The notes under the pieces were generated by a model that worked only from the letters and a program-made list of their open reading frames with translations, searched no databases and was not told where the DNA came from. A stretch of DNA of 44,526 nt from the sequence record MZ234019.1; one strand, given 5' to 3'. Below are positions 17,197 to 25,538 of the stretch, piece by piece. Numbering within the stretch: position 1 is the stretch's first letter; every line of letters begins with the position of its first letter. The position numbers and the translations under genes are program-made. The stretch comes from Escherichia phage vB_EcoP-101117UKE2.

Positions 17197-17654
17197 TACG
17201 TCAAGCATCTTTCTTAGATATACCTGATATTATTAATCTAGGCGACAAGTATGTAGAAGAGGAAGTTAAGGTAGTAGCACACCACTCCCCTTCATGGAAT
17301 GCAGAACAAAGCGCAGCAAACCTGTGTGCATCTCTTGTCCGAGATGATTTATTCTTATGGGTTGCTGTAGATGAGGGAATCATTGTAGGATTCCTATGGG
17401 CTGGGTATCATGACTTAGCACCTTGGACACCAGTGCGTGTTGCATCTGATATTCTTTTCTACATCGTACCAGAGAAGCGTGGCACTCTCTTAGGAATGAG
17501 ACTTATCAAAGCCTATAAGCAATGGGCTTTTGAGAAGGAATGCGCTGAAGTGAGACTGTCTATTGCCTCTGGTATCAATGAAGAGCGTGTTGGGCGTATG
17601 TATGAGCGGTTAGGCTTTGAGACGTTCGGCACTGTGTATAACCTGAAACTTTAA
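17193..17654 (+). CDS. GNAT-fold acetyltransferase-like protein (153 aa)
   Basis: Pattern IVGFLWAGY...GMRLIKAYKQWAFEKECAEVRL...YERLGFE typical of GNAT fold; not verified by search. Confidence 0.55.
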   Translation: MIRQASFLDIPDIINLGDKYVEEEVKVVAHHSPSWNAEQSAANLCASLVRDDLFLWVAVDEGIIVGFLWAGYHDLAPWTPVRVASDILFYIVPEKRGTLLGMRLIKAYKQWAFEKECAEVRLSIASGINEERVGRMYERLGFETFGTVYNLKL

Positions 17655-17663
17655 GGAGGCAAT

Positions 17664-17873
17664 ATGGGTGTCGTGAAGAAGGCATTTAAAGCAATTGGTC
17701 TTGCACCTGAGACGCCGAAAATTGAGGCGGCTAAGACTCCGGCACAACAGTTAGAGCGTGAACCGGAGACTACGGCAGAGGATATTACATTAGGCCAAGA
17801 TGATAACGCAACGGCTGCGGCACGTGGTAAGCGTGGACTGATTCGTCCAGTGGCATCGAGCTTAGGGATTTAA
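17664..17873 (+). CDS. hypothetical protein (69 aa)
   Basis: ATG with AAGGAGG RBS. Confidence 0.6.
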   Translation: MGVVKKAFKAIGLAPETPKIEAAKTPAQQLEREPETTAEDITLGQDDNATAAARGKRGLIRPVASSLGI

Positions 17874-17874
17874 T

Positions 17875-19425
17875 ATGATGCAAGACACCGACCTTGAGTA
17901 TGGTGGAAAGCGGTCGAAGATACCTAAGTTGTGGGAGAAGCTATCTACTAAGCGCAATCCTTTCATGGACAGGGCAAAGCACTATGCGAGGTTGACTTTG
18001 CCATACCTCATGAATGAGGAGGGAGACAACAATACTTCTCAGAATGGGTGGCAAGGTGTAGGTGCGCAGGCCACTAACCACTTAGCTAACAAGTTAGCAC
18101 AAGTCCTCTTCCCTGCTCAACGCTCTTTCTTCCGAGTTGACTTGACGGCAAAAGGGGAGAAGATATTAAACAACAGAGGGCTTAAGAAGACCAAATTAGC
18201 TACGCTGTTTGCTCAAGTAGAGACTGCTGCTATGAAGCAACTAGAGCAGCGACAGTTCCGCCCAGCGGTGGTGGAGTGCTTCAAGCATTTGATTGTTGCT
18301 GGCAACTGTATGTTGTACAAGCCAAGCAAGGGTGCAATCAGTGCTATACCTATGCATCACTATGTAGTTAATCGAGATGCTAATGGGGAACTACTGGATA
18401 TTATCTTACTACAAGAGAAGGCACTCAAGACATTCGACCCTGCAACTCGCATGGCTATTGAAGTAGGCATGAAAGGTAAGAAGTGCAAGGATAGTGATAA
18501 TGTAAAACTCTACACACACGCCAAGTATGAAGGTGAGGGTTTTTGGGAATTAAAGCAATCAGCAGACGATATACCTATTGGTAAGTCTAGCAGAATCAAG
18601 GCTGATAAACTTCCATTTATCCCTCTTACTTGGAAGAGGTCTTATGGAGAAGATTGGGGTCGTCCTCTCGCAGAGGATTATTCTGGTGATTTATTCGTAA
18701 TCCAATTCCTATCAGAAGCAGTTGCGCGTGGGGCTGCTTTGATGGCTGACATTAAATACCTGATCCGTCCGGGTGCTCAGACAGATGTAGACCACTTTGT
18801 TAACTCAGGGACTGGTGAAGTAATCACTGGTGTGGAAGAAGATATCCACATTGTCCAACTAGGCAAGTATGCAGACCTAACACCCATAAGTGCTGTACTA
18901 GAGGTTTATACGCGCCGCATAGGGGTAGTCTTCATGATGGAGACTATGACACGACGAGATGCAGAACGTGTAACCGCTGTAGAGATACAGCGAGATGCTC
19001 TTGAGATTGAGCAGAACATGGGTGGCGTATATTCACTCTTTGCTACGACTATGCAGACACCAGTGGCTATGTGGGGTCTGCTTGATGCCGGAGACTCTTT
19101 CACTAGTGACCTAGTAGACCCTGTTATCATCACAGGTATTGAAGCATTAGGTCGCATGGCAGAGTTGGATAAGCTGGCTAACTTCGCTCAGTATATGGCA
19201 TTACCTATGAGTTGGCCTGAGCCAGTACAGGCAGCAGTGAACTGGCCTGATTATATGGATTGGGTTCGTGGTCAGATCTCCGCTGAACTTCCATTCCTAA
19301 AATCAGAAAAGCAGATGAAGCAAGAACAAGCACAGATGGCACAAGCACAGCAAGAGCAGATGCTTAATGAAGGAGTGGCTAAAGCTGTTCCGGGTGTCAT
19401 TCAACAAGAACTTAAGGAGGCGTAA
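17875..19425 (+). CDS. portal (head-tail connector) protein
   Basis: WQGVGAQATNHLANKLAQVLFP and ERVTAVEI...GGVYSLF align with T7 gp8; synteny. Confidence 0.9.
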   Translation: MMQDTDLEYGGKRSKIPKLWEKLSTKRNPFMDRAKHYARLTLPYLMNEEGDNNTSQNGWQGVGAQATNHLANKLAQVLFPAQRSFFRVDLTAKGEKILNNRGLKKTKLATLFAQVETAAMKQLEQRQFRPAVVECFKHLIVAGNCMLYKPSKGAISAIPMHHYVVNRDANGELLDIILLQEKALKTFDPATRMAIEVGMKGKKCKDSDNVKLYTHAKYEGEGFWELKQSADDIPIGKSSRIKADKLPFIPLTWKRSYGEDWGRPLAEDYSGDLFVIQFLSEAVARGAALMADIKYLIRPGAQTDVDHFVNSGTGEVITGVEEDIHIVQLGKYADLTPISAVLEVYTRRIGVVFMMETMTRRDAERVTAVEIQRDALEIEQNMGGVYSLFATTMQTPVAMWGLLDAGDSFTSDLVDPVIITGIEALGRMAELDKLANFAQYMALPMSWPEPVQAAVNWPDYMDWVRGQISAELPFLKSEKQMKQEQAQMAQAQQEQMLNEGVAKAVPGVIQQELKEA

Positions 19426-20333
19426 TGTCTTTTGAAATTATTAATGAACCTGTAAGTCAGTCTGACGTTACTGAATCTAAGGAGGCTGCTGATGTTACTA
19501 CTACCGACACTGATTCTACTGTTGATTCTTCTGGCAGCGATGTACAAGCTGACACAGGCAGTACAAATGTACAAGACACCGGAGGAGCTGATATTGGAGA
19601 AGATGCAGGACAAGGAGAAACATCTGGTGGATCGGATGATAAACCTGAGCCAGATGGTTTCTCAGACGAAGATGTACGATTCTTCTTTGGCGAACAAGAA
19701 GTAGAGATTGAAATCCCTGACGATGTCTCCTTTGCCTTGAAGGAGAAAGGCATTGATGCAATGCAGGTAGCCAAGGAGCTTTATGGTGAAGGTGGCAAGT
19801 TTGAACTTACGGAAGAGACAAAGCAGAAGCTGTATGATGCATTTGGCAAGTTCGCAGTAGACGCTTATCTGAATGGACTGAAAGCATCTAACGAGGCATT
19901 CCTAATTAAATCTGAAGCTCAAGCTAAAGAAGCTAAAGCAGCAGATGCCCAACGCTTTACCGATATTGCATCGGAAGTTGGAGGGGAAGAAGGTTGGTCA
20001 CGACTAGAAGAGTGGGCGCTAGAAACGCTGTCTGATGAAGAACTAGCAGCATTCAATGCCGTGATGGCCTCAGGTAATCAGTATCTGCAACAGTATGCTG
20101 TGCGTGAGCTGGAAGGTCGCCGTAAGCAAGCACAGGGTGATGACAAGCCATCCTTGATTGAGCCGTCAGCACCTGCTAAGGCTAATGAAGAGAATGGCCC
20201 ACTGACGCGCGATCAGTACGTTCAAGCAATCGCAACTCTTAGTCAGAAGTACGGCAATGACCGTAAAGCTATGGCAGAAGCTCAGGCTAAACTTGACGCT
20301 CGCCGTCGTGCCGGTATGGCTCGCGGACTGTAA
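19425..20333 (+). CDS. capsid scaffolding protein
   Basis: Acidic low-complexity protein between portal and capsid genes; AAGGAGG RBS. Confidence 0.8.
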   Translation: MSFEIINEPVSQSDVTESKEAADVTTTDTDSTVDSSGSDVQADTGSTNVQDTGGADIGEDAGQGETSGGSDDKPEPDGFSDEDVRFFFGEQEVEIEIPDDVSFALKEKGIDAMQVAKELYGEGGKFELTEETKQKLYDAFGKFAVDAYLNGLKASNEAFLIKSEAQAKEAKAADAQRFTDIASEVGGEEGWSRLEEWALETLSDEELAAFNAVMASGNQYLQQYAVRELEGRRKQAQGDDKPSLIEPSAPAKANEENGPLTRDQYVQAIATLSQKYGNDRKAMAEAQAKLDARRRAGMARGL

Positions 20334-20339
20334 TTCAGT

Positions 20340-20362
20340 ATTTACTGGACACTATAGAAGGG
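20340..20362 (+). promoter_or_regulatory. phage RNAP promoter ATTTACTGGACACTATAGAAGGG upstream of capsid gene
   Basis: Consensus match. Confidence 0.85.
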
Positions 20363-20412
20363 AGAAAAGTTCTCCCTAGTTATCAATTTGATTTATAAGG
20401 AGATTATAATAC

Positions 20413-21612
20413 ATGTCTACACCGAATACTCTGACTAACGTTGCTGTATCTGCGTCCGGTGAGGTTGACAGCCTTCTCATTGAGAAGTTTAATGGTAAGG
20501 TCAATGAGCAGTACCTGAAAGGTGAGAACATTCTGTCTTACTTTGATGTACAAACTGTTACTGGCACTAACACAGTGAGCAACAAATATTTGGGTGAGAC
20601 TGAGTTGCAGGTGTTAGCACCGGGTCAGTCACCTAATGCTACTCCAACTCAGGCCGATAAAAACCAGTTGGTAATTGATACCACTGTGATCGCCCGTAAC
20701 ACCGTGGCACACATCCACGACGTACAGGGTGACATCGACAGCCTTAAGCCTAAGTTGGCTATGAACCAAGCCAAGCAACTGAAGCGTCTGGAAGACCAGA
20801 TGGCAATCCAGCAGATGCTGTTAGGTGGCATCGCTAACACCAAAGCAAAGCGTAACAAACCTCGTGTAAAAGGACACGGCTTCTCTATCAACGTTAACGT
20901 GACTGAAAGTGAAGCACTGGCTAACCCGCAGTATGTCATGGCTGCTGTAGAATATGCTCTGGAGCAGCAGCTTGAACAGGAAGTGGATATCTCTGATGTA
21001 GCGATCCTGATGCCGTGGAAATTCTTCAACTCGCTGCGTGACGCAGACCGCATTGTAGATAAGACTTACACTATTAGTCAGTCCGGTGCTACTATCAGTG
21101 GCTTTGTTCTGTCTTCCTACAACTGCCCTGTTATCCCGTCTAACCGATTCCCGACATTTGTACAGAGTGCTCCACATCACTTACTGTCTAACGAAGATAA
21201 CGGTTATCGTTATGACCCTACCGCAGAGATGAACGGCGCTGTAGCTGTGCTGTTTACTGCTGATGCATTGCTGGTAGGTCGCACCATTGAAGTAACAGGT
21301 GACATCTTCTATGAGAAGAAAGAGAAGACTTACTATATTGATACCTTCATGGCTGAAGGTGCAATCCCTGACCGCTGGGAGGCTGTGTCTGTAGTTACTA
21401 CTAAACGTAATGCAGGTACTGGTGCGGCTGACGGTGCAGGCGACGATCACGCAACCGTACTGGCTCGTGCACAGCGTAAGGCTGTCTACGTCAAGACCGC
21501 AGGTGCTGCCGCATTATCCGCCGCTAGCCTGCAAGCAGAAGACTTAGTAGCCGCTGTACGTGCTGTAATGGCTAATGACGTCAAGCCGACTGCACTGAAA
21601 CCTACTGAGTAA
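20413..21612 (+). CDS. major capsid protein (399 aa)
   Basis: Own promoter, AAGGAG RBS, high-expression codon bias, followed by terminator; position as T7 gene 10. Confidence 0.85.
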   Translation: MSTPNTLTNVAVSASGEVDSLLIEKFNGKVNEQYLKGENILSYFDVQTVTGTNTVSNKYLGETELQVLAPGQSPNATPTQADKNQLVIDTTVIARNTVAHIHDVQGDIDSLKPKLAMNQAKQLKRLEDQMAIQQMLLGGIANTKAKRNKPRVKGHGFSINVNVTESEALANPQYVMAAVEYALEQQLEQEVDISDVAILMPWKFFNSLRDADRIVDKTYTISQSGATISGFVLSSYNCPVIPSNRFPTFVQSAPHHLLSNEDNGYRYDPTAEMNGAVAVLFTADALLVGRTIEVTGDIFYEKKEKTYYIDTFMAEGAIPDRWEAVSVVTTKRNAGTGAADGAGDDHATVLARAQRKAVYVKTAGAAALSAASLQAEDLVAAVRAVMANDVKPTALKPTE

Positions 21613-21621
21613 TAACCTATG

Positions 21622-21657
21622 CCCTATCTACCTTGCGTAGGTAGGGTTCTTTTGTTT
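21622..21657 (+). terminator. phage-type (T-phi-like) terminator after capsid gene
   Basis: Stem CCCTATCTA/TAGGTAGGG, 7-nt loop, then TTCTTTTGTTT. Confidence 0.6.
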
Positions 21658-21667
21658 AGGAGGGTTC

Positions 21668-22408
21668 ATGCCTTTAATTCAAAATACAAGTGATGTTGGA
21701 CGTATCATGGCTGAGGCTTCCTTCAATATCATTGATAGCAAACTGGAAGCAGTTAACCTGTGTATGCGAGCTATCGGTCGTGAGGGTGTGGATTCCCTTG
21801 ACTCTGGCGACTTAGATGCTGAAGATGCTAATAAGATTATTGATATTGTCTCACAACGTTTCCAGTACAATAAAGGTGGTGGTTGGTGGTTTAACAGGGA
21901 ACCTAATTGGCTGCTTAAACCTGATACCAACGGCGAAGTGAATATGCCAAACAATTGCCTTGCGGTACTCCAGTGTTACGCCCTAGGTGAACGTAAAGTA
22001 CCTATGACTATACGAGCAGGCAAGTTGTATTCTGTTTGGAATCACACTTTCGACATGTCAAAGTATGTGAATCAGGATGGGCGTATTAGGTTGACTCTGG
22101 TAACATTACTACCTTTTGAGCATCTACCTGCAAGTGTTATGCAAGCTATTGCCTATCAAGCTGCCGTAGAGTTTATTGTGTCTAAGGGTGCTGATAAGAC
22201 TAAGTTACAAGCACACCAGCAGATCGCAGCACAGCTTATGATTGATGTTCAGTCAGAGCAGTCTTCTCAGAAGAGACTCAATATGCTTGTACATAACCCT
22301 ACTCAGCGCAACTTCGGAATCATGGCAGGTGGCTCACAGAATGTACCAGCATTCTCCTATTCCCCTTATGATACTTACCCTGTAAGGCCGTGGGAGGTTG
22401 ATCGCTGA
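21668..22408 (+). CDS. tail tubular protein A (gp11-like)
   Basis: Synteny; N-terminal pattern resembles T7 gp11. Confidence 0.85.
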   Translation: MPLIQNTSDVGRIMAEASFNIIDSKLEAVNLCMRAIGREGVDSLDSGDLDAEDANKIIDIVSQRFQYNKGGGWWFNREPNWLLKPDTNGEVNMPNNCLAVLQCYALGERKVPMTIRAGKLYSVWNHTFDMSKYVNQDGRIRLTLVTLLPFEHLPASVMQAIAYQAAVEFIVSKGADKTKLQAHQQIAAQLMIDVQSEQSSQKRLNMLVHNPTQRNFGIMAGGSQNVPAFSYSPYDTYPVRPWEVDR

Positions 22409-24813
22409 TGGAAGTGCAAGGCTCATTAGGTCGTCAGATTCAAGGTATTAGCCAACAACCAGCAGCAGTGCGGTTAGATGGGCAATGTACCGATATGGTT
22501 AATATGGTTCCAGATGTAGTCAACGGTACACAATCTCGCATGGGGAGTGTGCACATTGCAAAGCTACTGGACTCCGGCAGTGACAATATGGCAACACATC
22601 ACTATCGAAGAGGCGATGGTGATGAGGAATACTTCTTTGTTTTAAAGAAAGGTAGTTTGCCGGAAATCTTTGACAAGCAAGGCCGTAGGTGTAATGTGAC
22701 AACAAGGGATGCTCCTTTAGATTATCTAAAAGAAGTAGTAAATCCACGAGAAGATGTACAGTTTATGACTATTGCAGATGTCACATTTATGCTGAATAGG
22801 AGAAAGGTCGTAAAGACAAGGTCTGCACGGTCGCCTAAGATCGGTAACACTGCCTTAGTTTTTAGTGCCTATGGTCAGTATGGGACTACATATCGTATAA
22901 AGATTAACAACGTTACAGCGGCAGAGTACAGAACTGCAAATGGTGGAGAGGCTAGTGACATTAGTACAATCAGAACCGAAAGGATAGCAAGGGAGTTGTA
23001 TGAGAAACTGCTCGCTTGGGAAGGTGCTGCCGATTATAAATTCAGTCGTGATGAGAATGTCATAACCATTAGTACTGTGGACGGTTCTACTGATTTTACT
23101 GTATCTACTAATGATGGTGCGAAAGGGCAAGACTTAGTTGCAATTAAATATAAGGTAACGTCTACTGACCTCCTACCTTCTAGAGCACCCGCTGGTTACA
23201 AAGTTCAAGTCTGGCCTACAGGAAGTAAACCAGAGTCCAGATATTGGCTAGAAGCAGAGAAGAAAGAAGGCAGCTTGGTTACTTGGAAAGAAACCATTGC
23301 AGCAGATGTCCTTCTAGGTTTTGATAAAGCCACAATGCCTTACCTTATAGAGCGCACAGATATTATAGATGGGATAGCGCAGTTCACTATAAGGCAGGGA
23401 GATTGGGAAGACCGCAAGGTTGGTGATGACCTCACTAACCCCATGCCGTCCTTCATTGATAAAGAGAACCCACAAACTATAGGCGGCATGTTTATGGTAC
23501 AGAATAGGCTCTGTGTAACAGCAGGAGAGGCTGTCATAGCTACTAGGACTTCTGCGTTCTTTGACTTCTTTCGCTACTCAGCAGTGGCTAGCGTTGCTAC
23601 TGACCCGTTTGATGTGTTCTCAGATGCAAGTGAAGTCTATCAGCTAAAACATGCAGTTACTCTGGATGGTGCTACGGTCTTATTTGCTAACAGGTCGCAG
23701 TTTACAATCCCTGGAGATAAAGTACTGGAGAAGTCAAACATCGTATTACAACCAGCGACCACCTTCGAAGTTGACAACAGGGTTCCTCCTGCGGCAACGG
23801 GTGAGTCTGTGATGTTTGCTACTAGTGAGGGTGCTTACTCTGGTATCCGTGAGTTTTACACAGATTCATATAGCGATACGAAGAAGGCACAGGCTATTAC
23901 TAGTCATGTGAATAAGTTGATACAAGGTAACATCACTCACATGGTTGCCAGTACCAATATTAACAGGCTACTCGTGATTACAGACAAAGACCCCAATATC
24001 GTCTATTGTTATGATTGGTTGTGGCAAGGGACAGACCGTGTACAATCCGCATGGCATAAGTGGGTGTGGCCTAAAAATACTCTGATACGATCTATGTTCT
24101 ACTCTTCGGAGGCTTTGTATCTTCTAGTAGAAAGAGGCAATACGGGTGTCTACTTAGAGGTGATGGATATGGGGGATGCCCTCACATACGGATTGGTTGA
24201 TAGGATAAGATTAGATAGGCAGGCAGAGCTTATCTTTACTTATGACTCTTACAACTCCCAGTGGGTATCAAATCCTTTACCTTGGATACCAACAGACCCT
24301 ACATTGCTAGATTGTGTACTGACCACAGGGTGGCCTGCTTATATTGGTGGGGCTTTTGGTTTCGAATATGATGCAGGTAGCAACACACTACGGACTACAT
24401 TTGATTTAGCTGATGAGCAATCTAACGCTATCGTAGTGGTCGGACAGTTGTATCAACAGGAGTTTGAACCTACGCAAGTGGTTATCAGGGATAATCAAGA
24501 TAGAGTCTCCTATATAGATGTACCTGTGGTTGGGTTAGTGCACCTTAATCTGGATAAATACCCTGACTTTGAAGTGCACATTAAGAATTTGAAAAGTGGA
24601 AAGGTGCGAAAAGCACTAGCCTCTAATCGCAAAGGTGGTGCACTGAATAACATCGTGGGATATGTTAAACCTGAAGAGGGTTCTTTTAAGTTCCCCCTTA
24701 GGTCGCTAAGTACCGACACGGTTTATAGGATAGTTGTCAAATCACCTCACACTTTTCAACTAAGAGATATTGAGTGGGAGGGTTCGTATAACCCAACTAA
24801 GAGGAGGGTATAA
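22408..24813 (+). CDS. tail tubular protein B (gp12-like, 801 aa)
   Basis: N-terminal GISQQP motif as in T7 gp12; size and synteny. Confidence 0.9.
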   Translation: MEVQGSLGRQIQGISQQPAAVRLDGQCTDMVNMVPDVVNGTQSRMGSVHIAKLLDSGSDNMATHHYRRGDGDEEYFFVLKKGSLPEIFDKQGRRCNVTTRDAPLDYLKEVVNPREDVQFMTIADVTFMLNRRKVVKTRSARSPKIGNTALVFSAYGQYGTTYRIKINNVTAAEYRTANGGEASDISTIRTERIARELYEKLLAWEGAADYKFSRDENVITISTVDGSTDFTVSTNDGAKGQDLVAIKYKVTSTDLLPSRAPAGYKVQVWPTGSKPESRYWLEAEKKEGSLVTWKETIAADVLLGFDKATMPYLIERTDIIDGIAQFTIRQGDWEDRKVGDDLTNPMPSFIDKENPQTIGGMFMVQNRLCVTAGEAVIATRTSAFFDFFRYSAVASVATDPFDVFSDASEVYQLKHAVTLDGATVLFANRSQFTIPGDKVLEKSNIVLQPATTFEVDNRVPPAATGESVMFATSEGAYSGIREFYTDSYSDTKKAQAITSHVNKLIQGNITHMVASTNINRLLVITDKDPNIVYCYDWLWQGTDRVQSAWHKWVWPKNTLIRSMFYSSEALYLLVERGNTGVYLEVMDMGDALTYGLVDRIRLDRQAELIFTYDSYNSQWVSNPLPWIPTDPTLLDCVLTTGWPAYIGGAFGFEYDAGSNTLRTTFDLADEQSNAIVVVGQLYQQEFEPTQVVIRDNQDRVSYIDVPVVGLVHLNLDKYPDFEVHIKNLKSGKVRKALASNRKGGALNNIVGYVKPEEGSFKFPLRSLSTDTVYRIVVKSPHTFQLRDIEWEGSYNPTKRRV

Positions 24814-25538
24814 TGGCGATAATGGCGACAGTAGGGTCAAGCCTAGCCAGCATGTTCTCCAGTAGTGCAGGTGCTGCGGCTGCTAGTAGTGCTGCTGGTA
24901 GTGCCGCCGCTGGAAGTGGTGGTGTACTTGGCTCTATCGGAAGTTTCTTAGGTGGAAGCTCTGCTGGCTTTTCTAATGCAGGTTTGTTGTCTGCTGGACT
25001 ACAAGGCTTAAACTTACTAGGCGGTCTATTCGGTGGACGAGATACCGCTAAGGCTATGCAGAAAGCACAAGAAGAAGAATGGAGACAAAGGCTAGAAGCC
25101 ACACGTGAAGCCTATTCTTCTGTGGCAGATGCAGAGCGGGCTGCTGCAAAGCAATATCATTCTGACTTCCTTAGTAATCAAATTTCACTGATGCAGCAAC
25201 GAGCGCAAGTTGCAGTAATGGCAGGCGCCACTGGAACAGGTGGTAGCTCCATCACATCCATGCTCAATGATTTGACGGCAGAAGGCGGTCGCAATCAGTC
25301 AACCATTATAGATAATTATGAGAATCAGCAAATCAACTTTGCCAACCAGTTGAAGTCTATTCAACGCAGTGGACAGATGCAGATGCGAACGTTTGACAAA
25401 CCTTCCGCTTTGGGTACTTTGGTGAAAGGAATACCAAGCATTGCATCTTCCTATGTCACCGGAAGTAAAGCAGGTATGGCACTTGGCAAGGCTATCACTG
25501 AGTCTCGTACTTATTCATCAGGAACTAGAGGAGTTTAA
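24813..25538 (+). CDS. internal virion protein (gp14-like), Gly/Ala/Ser-rich
   Basis: Synteny; low-complexity N-terminus. Confidence 0.7.
   Translation: MAIMATVGSSLASMFSSSAGAAAASSAAGSAAAGSGGVLGSIGSFLGGSSAGFSNAGLLSAGLQGLNLLGGLFGGRDTAKAMQKAQEEEWRQRLEATREAYSSVADAERAAAKQYHSDFLSNQISLMQQRAQVAVMAGATGTGGSSITSMLNDLTAEGGRNQSTIIDNYENQQINFANQLKSIQRSGQMQMRTFDKPSALGTLVKGIPSIASSYVTGSKAGMALGKAITESRTYSSGTRGV

Noticed and set aside
19457-19774. Three overlapping alternative-frame ORFs inside the scaffolding gene
   Set aside because: The scaffold gene is low-complexity and acidic, which produces spurious open frames; no independent start signals.
20413-21612. Possible programmed frameshift producing an extended capsid protein, as for T7 10A/10B
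   Set aside because: No slippery heptamer or extended alternative frame was seen near the 3' end; the terminator follows the stop directly.
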